Shown here piece by piece: positions 1 to 9,750 of a stretch of 64,000 nt of DNA. Positions within the stretch are counted from its first letter, which is position 1. The number at the start of each line of letters is the position of its first letter. The DNA comes from a virus (taxonomy: Duplodnaviria > Caudoviricetes), in IMG/VR virus record IMGVR_UViG_3300036987_000310, positions 64,001-128,000 of that record, one strand, 5' to 3'. A model generated the notes under the pieces. That model worked only from the letters and a program-made list of their open reading frames with translations, searched no databases and was not told the origin of the DNA. A program made the translations under genes and the position numbers.

Positions 1-3000
1 GCATACTTCAAAATTGACGACGAGATTGTCAAAGTTGACAGCATTGTTCAAACCGGTCCGACTGCGTTTGTCGTCAACATCAACCGTGGAGCCTTGCAGA
101 CGGTCATCAGGGACCACAAATCTGGAACGATTGCTATTCTTGTCACGACAAGGCCCGACGGCTTGTATGCTGACCAGGTTGCGTCGACAGACATCTTGGA
201 CATGCGACACGCTGTGTCGGAGAGCTTCGATTACGGAACTGTTCTCAAAACAAACTTGACAGAGCTGTTGAAGGGGAATCTGAGGACGACGTGGAAGAGA
301 TATGGGTCCACAAACTCTGCAGGCCCTATTGTGTTTTATGGGGACAGAGTCACCGATTCTTCCGTGTTTGTTGGAGGCTTGTCGAGGTTGGACGAGCCAA
401 ATGGAAATCGGCGCGCATTTTCCGATGCTGTCGTCACTGAGCGCTATACGGCCACGGCTATCGTTCCATCAGACGCCGGAACGATATTAGATTATTTGAC
501 TGTCAACGTGGTTCCGTATGTCAATCAGGTTCAGTGGACCGGTTCAGATGCATCTCGCGTTCCCGGATCCGGACTCAGACTGAATGGCGGAATCGACTGG
601 TGGTGGAACGGCGACGAAATTACCATAAAGCTGTCCGATTTTCAGGCTGGCTTGCCGACATCGGACGCTGACCAAGTTCGATTTGTTCTTCCAAGCGAAG
701 ATGAAGACGCCGTGCTCATCCACTTCGAGGGCATGACCACTGATCCCAACGGGGGTGAGCCAACGGATCCGCCTGAGACTGCTCCCACGGCTACGATTCC
801 GACCATGGACGACGCCGGAAACGTTTACGCGCCTATTGGCAATCGCATTCTAAAGCATGGCCAGGGCATCACGGTGTCCACGAACATGTCAGGAGACCTT
901 GTCATCACGCTGAACTCTGGGACTGCAGGGTTCATGCTAGACGAGTTCACTGACGCCATGTTTGGTTTTGCGACACCCACGCAAGCTCTTGCTGTGCTCA
1001 CGACCATGCACATAGAGTTTGCGGTAGTTTACGGAGCCGGACGAGGTTTGTCGCACAAGCCGAAGCACATCCACACAGTGAACTGGCTTGGAAGCCCAAG
1101 CAACTCGTCCAAGGTCATGCTGCGGCCCGGCCTTCCTTCCATGAACCGTATGATTCCCACATACTTGGGCGAATCTCCGCTGGTTCAAACCGGGAAAAAC
1201 AGAACGCTGGCCCGAACGTCCGAGGTCATGGTGGACCCCGGGTCAAAGTCTGTGTATGTGGCTCCATATCGAAATATGCTGATTCCGAGTCTTTTGGCTC
1301 GAAGTGGATATCAACTGAACTGGTTTGGAGCTTCACCTTTCACGTTTCAGGGCCCGATGCCTGAGCTCAGTCAAGACGGGTCCACGGTGGTCCACGCCAC
1401 GACTGATCCGCTTGACTTGTTCTATAGCCATCGCTTGAACGGCGTAGTCAACTACGCTCTGACAAGATACGTCGAGATTCCAATGGAATGGCTGCCGCGT
1501 CCCGGCTTGCACCACATTCCGATCATGGCTGTCACAAACAGCGTGTTTTCTTCTGGCTTGAACCTTTTGCTCATGTCGAAGAAAGGCCCATTTGTTGGAC
1601 CAAACACGTCCGATTGGAATAGAAACCTTGTTAGCTATCCGGACAGGGCTGGATACTATATTGTGACTCCTCGTCCCTCTGAGACTTACGGGGGGTCCAG
1701 TGGCTCCTACTCGATTTTCGGGCAGAAATACACTAATTCGAAGATTTCTTTGGCGGATGGAACATACTTCAGAGGCATTCAATTCCCTCCGTTCATGGCT
1801 CCTGCTCGAATAACCGGCGTTTACTTGAGAGACCCGGCGACCTATCCGGTGGTTCCGAACCTCAGTCCCTTCGATTTAAACCGTCAATACGTTGGACTTC
1901 CGGGTTCCGATGTGAACCTGCTTCGTGACGATTGCGACGCTGCCACTGTTCTTCTTGACGTCGACACCAACGGCGATCTGACTTTCATTCTGAGCTTGGA
2001 CGCGATAGACCTAAGCAAAGCTCCGGCTGGAACCACGTTTGAAAGTTCACACTTTTTGGTTGAATGCACACTGTTTGCATTTGATCGCGGGTTCCTTCAA
2101 ACAAACGGGCGCTTGCTGGTTTGCAAAACCACTGGTGGCGGCTCGGTGTCGATTGACGTCAACGGATTCACCAACGCCACAGATGCAGCTGTCGGAATCA
2201 TCGCGCCAGCGCCGATGACCTCTGGTGCCACAAACAATGAAGTCACGATTTACTATAGTCGTGTGCCATATCAGGGGGACGTGTTCGGGACTCAAAACGC
2301 ATACTCGGACGATCCTCAGCGCGTTGGACCTCTAACTATCGGCGAAGCTCAAGCAGTGTTTCAGCACCCGCTCGGGTCTCCTGACACGTTAAGTTTGCAA
2401 AACAAGACCGGGTTTGAGATTCTGGCTTCGATGTCGTTCACTACTTCTCTTGGAACCGGCAGACTTTCCGGTTCAACCCCAATTCCTCTTCTCAGCACTG
2501 TCAGCAACCCTGATGGAGTCCCGGACTACGTCGGAACCTTGGTCGATCTTGATAGAAGGTTTTCGCTAAATCGTGTTGGGTATGAAGATTGGGCAACTCA
2601 AAAATTCCCGATTACCGCTGCATCTGTTGCCAATAGGCCGGAAATTAAAAGAGATGGCCTTTCAGAGGTTTACGATAGGGATTTGCACCCAGAGTTTGCC
2701 GGGTGTGTGAGCAATCTCCCGCTGGGAATATGGTTCAGAGACAAGGATTTCGTTGGAAAAATCCTATATCAAACCAGGTCGGCGTCTGACGCTGCTTCAA
2801 TTCCGATTGGAACTCTATCGTTTCACCCGTTCCACTCCGCTCAGACTTTATCAACTGCAGGGTTTTCGCGCTGGGAAGGCACCGAATTCGTGTGTGGAAG
2901 CGCGTCTAACGTGACTGGCGTCGGCAGCGAATCCCTGATCAAGGTTGACGGAACATCTGTGCCGACAGACGTGTACAATTTCAAGACGACAAGAGGTGGC

Positions 3001-3645
3001 GCTGCGTACTCGGTCACGACTCCTTGGGCTGGCACTGACATCGCTGCCAAGGTTACAAAGGCCAAGCCGAATGCTGAAGTTGGCTCTGTTCTAGCAGGCG
3101 TAGCCTATTTGGTCCGATCGCAGCCGGAAACGGTCGGTTCTGTTGAAGTTCATGCAGGGCACGAGCTTCAAATGTTCATCGTAACTCAAGCGTCTCCGTC
3201 ATATTTCCGGGGCACGGAGGTAGTCCACTCTGCCTCTGGAACGAATGAGGGCTTTACAGCCGTTGACAGGTTCCGGATTTGGGGAAGGCCCCTCCAAAAG
3301 CAGAGAGGCGGCGTCGACATGTCGATTGTTCCGTCTGCAAAGCCTGTATTTGTGAACGATGTGTGGGATGATCCGATCTTTTACGGATCCAGCGACCCCA
3401 GCTTGTCGTCGTACAAGCAGGAAGCTGTCACAATTTCGTCAAATGGGCAAACGCTGTTTCCGAACGCTCTCAGCGTCAGGCCGCTTGATCCGTCGACAGT
3501 TCAAGCCTATTTGAACGGAGTGAAGCTTCGATATGGAGTCGATTACATTGTTGGCGGGCCGCCTTTGAATAGAGATTTGACGTATATGGGGGCCCCTTCT
3601 CTTGTTGTTGCTGACGTTCTTGAAGTTTGGTACGCACAGCTCTAA
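1..3645 (+). CDS. Large virion structural protein (baseplate/tail-associated), 5'-truncated by window edge
   Basis: Frame is open from base 1 (AYFKIDDEIVKVDSIVQTG...) into the 1183-aa ORF. It is Gly/Ser/Thr/Pro-rich and beta-strand-like, with no enzyme motifs, and lies directly upstream of a tail-fibre-like gene. Confidence 0.6.
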   Translation, partial: AYFKIDDEIVKVDSIVQTGPTAFVVNINRGALQTVIRDHKSGTIAILVTTRPDGLYADQVASTDILDMRHAVSESFDYGTVLKTNLTELLKGNLRTTWKRYGSTNSAGPIVFYGDRVTDSSVFVGGLSRLDEPNGNRRAFSDAVVTERYTATAIVPSDAGTILDYLTVNVVPYVNQVQWTGSDASRVPGSGLRLNGGIDWWWNGDEITIKLSDFQAGLPTSDADQVRFVLPSEDEDAVLIHFEGMTTDPNGGEPTDPPETAPTATIPTMDDAGNVYAPIGNRILKHGQGITVSTNMSGDLVITLNSGTAGFMLDEFTDAMFGFATPTQALAVLTTMHIEFAVVYGAGRGLSHKPKHIHTVNWLGSPSNSSKVMLRPGLPSMNRMIPTYLGESPLVQTGKNRTLARTSEVMVDPGSKSVYVAPYRNMLIPSLLARSGYQLNWFGASPFTFQGPMPELSQDGSTVVHATTDPLDLFYSHRLNGVVNYALTRYVEIPMEWLPRPGLHHIPIMAVTNSVFSSGLNLLLMSKKGPFVGPNTSDWNRNLVSYPDRAGYYIVTPRPSETYGGSSGSYSIFGQKYTNSKISLADGTYFRGIQFPPFMAPARITGVYLRDPATYPVVPNLSPFDLNRQYVGLPGSDVNLLRDDCDAATVLLDVDTNGDLTFILSLDAIDLSKAPAGTTFESSHFLVECTLFAFDRGFLQTNGRLLVCKTTGGGSVSIDVNGFTNATDAAVGIIAPAPMTSGATNNEVTIYYSRVPYQGDVFGTQNAYSDDPQRVGPLTIGEAQAVFQHPLGSPDTLSLQNKTGFEILASMSFTTSLGTGRLSGSTPIPLLSTVSNPDGVPDYVGTLVDLDRRFSLNRVGYEDWATQKFPITAASVANRPEIKRDGLSEVYDRDLHPEFAGCVSNLPLGIWFRDKDFVGKILYQTRSASDAASIPIGTLSFHPFHSAQTLSTAGFSRWEGTEFVCGSASNVTGVGSESLIKVDGTSVPTDVYNFKTTRGGAAYSVTTPWAGTDIAAKVTKAKPNAEVGSVLAGVAYLVRSQPETVGSVEVHAGHELQMFIVTQASPSYFRGTEVVHSASGTNEGFTAVDRFRIWGRPLQKQRGGVDMSIVPSAKPVFVNDVWDDPIFYGSSDPSLSSYKQEAVTISSNGQTLFPNALSVRPLDPSTVQAYLNGVKLRYGVDYIVGGPPLNRDLTYMGAPSLVVADVLEVWYAQL

Positions 3646-3669
3646 TGACGGGTGGACTGAGGAATTAAC

Positions 3670-6600
3670 ATGACTAGGCCTCGCGCATATCAGGTAAACG
3701 ACCCCGGAACTCATCACGTCAAGTTTCAGTTGCCGACCGTTCCAACTTCGTCGACGATGAGTTTTGTTGGCGGAGACTACACTGATTTTCTAAACGCTAC
3801 TGAAACTCAAATTTATGGCGGGGCAGAAGAGCCTCTTCCCGCAAGAATTGTTGGGCCAACGCAAGAGCCTTTCACCAATATTTTTTCGGCCAACCAGCTT
3901 GGGATAGTCATGACCGGCGTAAACAGCGGTCTTGTCATGCCAGTCATTTTTCAGGCGGGAGATTTTGTGACAATCGGGGGAATTTCTTCCCTTACAGTTT
4001 CAAAATTGGCTGCAAGAATTAACGCTACGTTGGCAACATACGGTGTCACCTATGCTGCAGCAACAAATGAAAACGGATATCTGAACGTTGTTAGCGCCTT
4101 CGGGGCTGACATGTCTACCGGGGTTGGCGCTTCCGTGACTCTGACGGAAACTGGTTTCACCGCCGGGATTATTCAAAAGCTTGGTTTCGGAGCCGTTTCG
4201 TCGGTAACTGCTTCCGGGTCCGCTCCCACTCGAGGAATAATAACAGAATCCGCCGACGGGCGCGGCGGACACTTTCCTCTCAGATACACGAATGGCGAAT
4301 CTGTTTTGTCTCAAACGACAAATTTGATTGGCTGGGTTGACAGTTCTTCAAGAATCAAAGCATGGCCAAACATTGTTGGTGGCCAAACAATATACGGGCG
4401 TCTTTCCCGTACGTCCACGCCGTCGTGGAAACTATCGTTTTTTGCAAACGGATATCAACCTCCCACTGTCACGTCAATTGGCGGCAACTTCTGCGCTTTA
4501 ACGGCGGCAGACACAATTCGTTTCCAGGTTAGCGGAATTGATCCGATTGATGGGAACAGCTTCAGCATACTGACAACTGTCAATTTTAACCTCGTCATCA
4601 ACAGCGTCGTCGATGTTGTGAACGCCATCAACGCAGCTTGGTGGACTGCGTCTGGCAGTGGTCAGGGGACAATGGTGTCCTCTTTGCCTGAACCGTATGT
4701 TCTAGAGTCTACAGATTCTATATACATTCGCGTTGACGGGTCCACAGCCATAACGGTCACTTTTAGCGCTGCAGACGGTCCGATGACCGCCAAAAGCGTT
4801 GTTGACGCAATCAATGCTGCATGGACTCTAGCCGGACAACCTGGGGTTCTTGCTTATGTTCATGTCATTGGCGGTTTGAATTATGTGAAGCTTGTTTCGC
4901 AAACAGTTTCCGGCCCCACTTCCAGCGTTGAAGTTGCTGGCGCGCGCACTGCGATAAACAAAATTGGCTTTCCTTATGGGAAGGTGACGGGGTCAAATCT
5001 GGTCAGCGTCTATGGGCAATCAGAGCTCAGAGTTTTGGTCCCGATCATTGATGTGATGGACGGTGGCGGGTCCGTGTCGATGTTTATCATGAACATGCTC
5101 GGATCAGCCAAAACTCTGCTCGGGCTCGGACATGTGACGTCATGGGTGTACGCTAGCGTTCAAGAGATTGAAGCCACGCCGATAATCTATCCTGACACAT
5201 CAGGAAGCGTTGGCATAAATATGCTCATTCCCGAAGTCATGGAACTGGGGGAGGTTCCCCTGGATGAAATGACTACGCTGCAGGAGTTTGTGAACCAAGA
5301 CACTGTTCAACAAGTTAGAACATGGGCCGGAGCAACCAACGCAAACCGCCCCGTCGTATATGACCGTAACGGCCGGGTTTCAAAAAACGCCGCCGCCGGC
5401 ATGGTGTATGACGTTCTTGAAGCCAAGGGAGTTGTTCTTGGCAGCGATCAATCAAACAACTACACCCCGCGTTTGAACATTCCTTTTAGGTACGACGCCG
5501 CCGCTGTCGACGTCGTCACCGCTCTTTCCGAATCATTTGCGACTCCGTCAAACGTGGCAAGCGCGAGTCCAGTGACTCAAGCGTTCAGAAAATATGTCGT
5601 CAACAATCAGACCTTGACTCACGACTACGCGTCTTGGAATGCGAAACGGGCTGCGCAATGGGAAAAAGACATTGATGGACGCGTAGCTGCGGCCATGTCG
5701 TTCGACAGTCGAGGCAACTTTGCAATAGCTATTCGAGATGCGGCAAACAATGCTCCGTGGTCTGTTTGGGACCGCATGCCTTTTACGATTGATCTGAGCA
5801 CGCCAGACTCTCCAACGCTCTATTTGAGAGGGTCTTCTGCAACAATTTCCACGCCAGATTCCAGAATGACGCTGATCGACGCCAACATATCCGGAAACAC
5901 TGTTGGAGAAAATCACGTTTCTGCTTATTACAACGGTGGTCAATTTCTGCGCATAGCCGATCGTGACGCCACGGAGCTTGATGACGGGTACTCGTTGATG
6001 CATTCTGTCAACGCTCGCGCGTCAGTTACATGTGGCGACGGGGTTAACACTTTCGGAGACTTTAACGGAACCAATGCAATTTCTTCAGCCATAAACTTCA
6101 TAGAGACCAATGTTTCTCCTAACGCAAATGCGACAATCTATGTCAAAAAAGGCGTTTACAAAGCGAGTTCGCCGATAAACACAAGTTTAAACTTGTCGAT
6201 AATCGGGGTTGCGCAAGCTGACGACACAGCAAGCTGCACAATATACAATCCGTCATCCATAGGGGACACGCTTACAATAACGAGATCCGGAAATAACGGG
6301 TCTCTACACCTGAAAAATGTCAACCTGCTTTTTGACATCAGCGGCGTTTCTTCAAGGTACAGCCTGGTTTTGGTGGACGGAGCCACTGTAGTAGCTGAGG
6401 ACTGTTCGATTAAACAAACGAAGATTGAGAATCCAATTCCTCAATCCGAAAGTAATGAAGGAGTTTGTGGACGTCCAGCACAAGGTGTATTTAGGCGTTG
6501 CAGAATGTCCAATATTGGCTTGAATGGAAGGCCGATACTAACGTTTAACAACGTTGTTAGCGGAAACAGTTTTGTTTTTGAAAATTGCATGTTCAAGGCC

Positions 6601-8286
6601 ATAAACCCGAACACTCAATGTGTGCAAATCAGGGCTGCAAACAGCTTAACCACATTGAGCGTGTTTGATGGTTTGAGATTTGTTGGATGCGATTTTAGCT
6701 TAAGCTATGCCACGAAGACTGGAAACAATCTCACAGCAAACACTGGTTTGATAGATCTTCATCCGGGTCTAGACGCAAATCCTGGTGAAAACGATGTTAG
6801 AATTAACAAGGGTCTTTTAGTTAAAAACATTGTGTTTCGGGATTGCAAAGTCCGCGTTGGTTCTCCGTCATCCGGCATCAACGTTCTTTTGCATTTGATA
6901 CCAACAGCAAACGGAACAAATGCTAACGTTGTCGGAACGCCGTTCACATATGTGGACAACCTCGTGTTCGAAAACACCTCGTTCACCCACACGCCTCCGA
7001 CGGTTAATGGAAACCCAAACGCCTTCACTATCGCATATGGCGCCAGAAGCGTTGTGATAATAAACTGCAAATATGAGCTGACGGGGTCCGGGCTGTTGTC
7101 GGCTCATGGCATTGCAACTCACGATGTTGCTTGGGCTTTGCATGGTGGCTTGTCCAACGGGGGCGCATCTGGAGATCCGCAAAACGCGTGGGCGTCTGCG
7201 CCAGACACGCCATGGGGCACTATTGCCATCATGGCAGACGATGTTAAAATAGACAAGTTCGACGTAACTGGTCTTTTGCAGAAGTGTTCGACAATTGGAG
7301 CTAGCACGTGGTATGAAGGAGATGCATACATCCTTTACGGTCGCACTCTTTCCATAAAAGATGTCACATGCAGTTACGAAACATTCGCTGGGGCCACCAG
7401 CAGAAGCTATCCGATCCATAGATGGAGGCTTTTCAATTTGATGCACGAGTCCATGACTGGTAGCGGAGTCACATATGAGCCCTCAGGGACTGCTGATGGG
7501 CTTGTGCTCATCGGCAAACAGTCGTTGAGCACTTCGGACCCGCATTGGGCTCTTTTGAGTTTCATTAGGCTGCACGCTAAGAACATTCATCTAACAAATT
7601 CGTCAGTTACTGGCTTCAAAACTGATGGTGGAGACCCGAGCGACGGGTGCGGCGCGTTGGTTTCCATTGAAGGTAATGGGCTCTGGTACTCGCCATATAT
7701 GAATGGAATGGCGAAGATAACGAACTCAGTGTTTAGAGACACTGGTTATGGGATCCGATACGACTATTTTGAAACAGTGCATGGAGCCATGAATTTCGAC
7801 ATCTCTGGAAACACGATTACTGGATGTGAAGAGTATGGCATCAGGCTTAGAATCAGTTATTCTGGGTACGGAACTGTTTCAAAAAATTATGTTTCAAATT
7901 GTGACAAACCGGGAATGGGATTCTTTTATGACCTCGGGTACTCTAACTTGAACATTGTGGACAATATTTTTATTGATAACTACCCGACAGATGGTGAACT
8001 CAACTGCAGACAAATTCATATATACCCGTTGTACACTTCCAGTACAAGAAGCCCGAAAGTCTTTTTAGACAGGAACACTGCTTATGAAACGATTAAGGGC
8101 GGGGGCATAGGCATAACACTTTTGTCAGGCGGCTCGCCAGCCGGACTTCCAGCCACTGGTTCCATAAGCACAATTTATGGAGCAGAAACCGGTCTAAATG
8201 CATTTCCGGCTACTTACAGATGGACTCCCGCTGCACTCATGGTCAGAAACCCAGGTTACCTAGTTACGCCATCCCCTAGTATTTAA
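3670..8286 (+). CDS. Tail fibre/tailspike-like protein with C-terminal parallel beta-helix (pectin-lyase-like) region
   Basis: 1538 aa. N-terminal repeats AARINATL / VVNAINAAW / VVDAINAAW. GDFNGTNAISSAI..IYVKKGVY resembles a beta-helix entry motif and is followed by Asn/Ile-rich repeats (ISGNTITGC, VSKNYVSNC, IVDNIFIDN). SD-like GAGGA upstream. Confidence 0.65.
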   Translation: MTRPRAYQVNDPGTHHVKFQLPTVPTSSTMSFVGGDYTDFLNATETQIYGGAEEPLPARIVGPTQEPFTNIFSANQLGIVMTGVNSGLVMPVIFQAGDFVTIGGISSLTVSKLAARINATLATYGVTYAAATNENGYLNVVSAFGADMSTGVGASVTLTETGFTAGIIQKLGFGAVSSVTASGSAPTRGIITESADGRGGHFPLRYTNGESVLSQTTNLIGWVDSSSRIKAWPNIVGGQTIYGRLSRTSTPSWKLSFFANGYQPPTVTSIGGNFCALTAADTIRFQVSGIDPIDGNSFSILTTVNFNLVINSVVDVVNAINAAWWTASGSGQGTMVSSLPEPYVLESTDSIYIRVDGSTAITVTFSAADGPMTAKSVVDAINAAWTLAGQPGVLAYVHVIGGLNYVKLVSQTVSGPTSSVEVAGARTAINKIGFPYGKVTGSNLVSVYGQSELRVLVPIIDVMDGGGSVSMFIMNMLGSAKTLLGLGHVTSWVYASVQEIEATPIIYPDTSGSVGINMLIPEVMELGEVPLDEMTTLQEFVNQDTVQQVRTWAGATNANRPVVYDRNGRVSKNAAAGMVYDVLEAKGVVLGSDQSNNYTPRLNIPFRYDAAAVDVVTALSESFATPSNVASASPVTQAFRKYVVNNQTLTHDYASWNAKRAAQWEKDIDGRVAAAMSFDSRGNFAIAIRDAANNAPWSVWDRMPFTIDLSTPDSPTLYLRGSSATISTPDSRMTLIDANISGNTVGENHVSAYYNGGQFLRIADRDATELDDGYSLMHSVNARASVTCGDGVNTFGDFNGTNAISSAINFIETNVSPNANATIYVKKGVYKASSPINTSLNLSIIGVAQADDTASCTIYNPSSIGDTLTITRSGNNGSLHLKNVNLLFDISGVSSRYSLVLVDGATVVAEDCSIKQTKIENPIPQSESNEGVCGRPAQGVFRRCRMSNIGLNGRPILTFNNVVSGNSFVFENCMFKAINPNTQCVQIRAANSLTTLSVFDGLRFVGCDFSLSYATKTGNNLTANTGLIDLHPGLDANPGENDVRINKGLLVKNIVFRDCKVRVGSPSSGINVLLHLIPTANGTNANVVGTPFTYVDNLVFENTSFTHTPPTVNGNPNAFTIAYGARSVVIINCKYELTGSGLLSAHGIATHDVAWALHGGLSNGGASGDPQNAWASAPDTPWGTIAIMADDVKIDKFDVTGLLQKCSTIGASTWYEGDAYILYGRTLSIKDVTCSYETFAGATSRSYPIHRWRLFNLMHESMTGSGVTYEPSGTADGLVLIGKQSLSTSDPHWALLSFIRLHAKNIHLTNSSVTGFKTDGGDPSDGCGALVSIEGNGLWYSPYMNGMAKITNSVFRDTGYGIRYDYFETVHGAMNFDISGNTITGCEEYGIRLRISYSGYGTVSKNYVSNCDKPGMGFFYDLGYSNLNIVDNIFIDNYPTDGELNCRQIHIYPLYTSSTRSPKVFLDRNTAYETIKGGGIGITLLSGGSPAGLPATGSISTIYGAETGLNAFPATYRWTPAALMVRNPGYLVTPSPSI

Positions 8287-8771
8287 TGAAATATTTCAAG
8301 GCGTTGTCTAAAAGGTTGTACGAGCTGATGGTGGAATATCCATTGGCTGTTGCTGCCGCCGTTCTTTTGGCCGTCGGCGCCATCGCAATGGCTCTTGCTG
8401 GGCGTGATGTTCAAATAGGCGGTTTGCTGGAAAAACTCTTCGGGAAGAAAAAGACAGACCCCAATATTCGTGTCATTCCGCCGTTAGGGCGCGTAGACGC
8501 CAATGGGAACCCCATTCCTCTTGGCGAATCAGACAAAAAAGGCTACGTGCAAGCGCCAATAAGCACTAAGATCATTGCCCCCGGTGTGTTTTCAAATCCA
8601 GACACGATAGTCGTTGTCCACCCAAACAAGGGTGAGATAACGATTCCACTTCCGGTTGGGGTTAAAAACAAAGACGTGTCTGAAGTCATTGAAATTCATC
8701 CGAACGTATATGAAATTAAAAACAATGACAAGGGTGTTAACACGTCTGAGCTTGAGGAAATTTTGAAATGA
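8286..8771 (+). CDS. Single-pass membrane protein (N-terminal TM helix)
   Basis: Hydrophobic stretch LAVAAAVLLAVGAIAMALAG, then a Pro/Gly-rich soluble region. Start overlaps the upstream stop (TAATG); ATGA overlap with the next gene. Confidence 0.6.
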   Translation: MKYFKALSKRLYELMVEYPLAVAAAVLLAVGAIAMALAGRDVQIGGLLEKLFGKKKTDPNIRVIPPLGRVDANGNPIPLGESDKKGYVQAPISTKIIAPGVFSNPDTIVVVHPNKGEITIPLPVGVKNKDVSEVIEIHPNVYEIKNNDKGVNTSELEEILK

Positions 8772-9382
8772 AATTTGTCGTGTTGGCGCTTTTTGTTTTG
8801 TTGTTCAGTAATTTGGCGTCAGCACAAGACTGTGTTCCATGCGACGGTAAATGTTTAACGCCAGATCAAGTGGAAAAGCTGCGCGAAGCGGTTAAAGAGT
8901 TGAAAGACATTCACGAGTCGCCAACAACGATTGAATTTCAGGACATCATTGTCATAATTCGTGATCTGGACGGGCGAGTTTATGTTAACGGCGGGTTTAA
9001 AAAACCATTGCGTTTGAAAGTGAGGATTGGTAAACACGTCGACAGGGACGTTCTTGCGACAGTTGAAAGTCGTATCTGGTACAGGCCCGAACCTGAATCT
9101 CCGATGTTTCGTTTAAGAATTCGAGCTCAAGCTGGGATTCTGATTCCTGAAATGATAAAAACAATTTCAGGAGATGAAAAACAATTTTGGGATGGCGGAG
9201 TTGGGTGGGACTTTTTTCACATTGGGGACGTGAACCTGGCGGCGTTTACGGGAGTTCGTAGCGCTGGGATCGGACCTGGAGTCGACATAACAAAAAACTT
9301 TGGCGTTCATGCCGGATATGCTGTAGTATACGACGGTTTTTCGTCAAGTGCACTGATGACAGCATATTTTAGCTTTAACTGA
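8768..9382 (+). CDS. Exported protein with signal peptide and C-terminal amphipathic beta-strands (outer-membrane protein-like)
   Basis: MKFVVLALFVLLFSNLASA-Q is an SPase I-type signal. A short coiled coil follows, then alternating Gly/aromatic strands ending TAYFSFN. Confidence 0.55.
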   Translation: MKFVVLALFVLLFSNLASAQDCVPCDGKCLTPDQVEKLREAVKELKDIHESPTTIEFQDIIVIIRDLDGRVYVNGGFKKPLRLKVRIGKHVDRDVLATVESRIWYRPEPESPMFRLRIRAQAGILIPEMIKTISGDEKQFWDGGVGWDFFHIGDVNLAAFTGVRSAGIGPGVDITKNFGVHAGYAVVYDGFSSSALMTAYFSFN

Positions 9383-9389
9383 GGACTTC

Positions 9390-9614
9390 ATGTCAACTCA
9401 ACACACTTGGGGACAACCATCACACACTGTGCAAGAGTATGTGGTTGACGAGAAATTGGCTGAAAAATTTCCGGGACGATTCGTAGGGTCCAGTGATGTG
9501 TGGACTAAAACATGTACGAATTGTGGCTTGGAAATTGGATCTCCATCAGGAGATTTCACAAGATCAGACGTGATTTTTCCTGACTGCGAATCGTACGAAG
9601 CCGCAAAAACATAG
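9390..9614 (+). CDS. Small CxxC (Zn-ribbon-like) hypothetical protein
   Basis: 74 aa, CTNCG motif, GAGGA upstream of ATG. Confidence 0.5.
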   Translation: MSTQHTWGQPSHTVQEYVVDEKLAEKFPGRFVGSSDVWTKTCTNCGLEIGSPSGDFTRSDVIFPDCESYEAAKT

Positions 9615-9750
9615 TCATGACTGTAATCTGTGTTGATGATTTCAGTCGACTCGCAGCACATTGAAAACCCGTTAAATTCGATTGCAGCCTGGTCTCAAGT
9701 CGGAAGCTTGATTTGTACCTCATGCACTCAACTGGCCGTATGAAACACTC

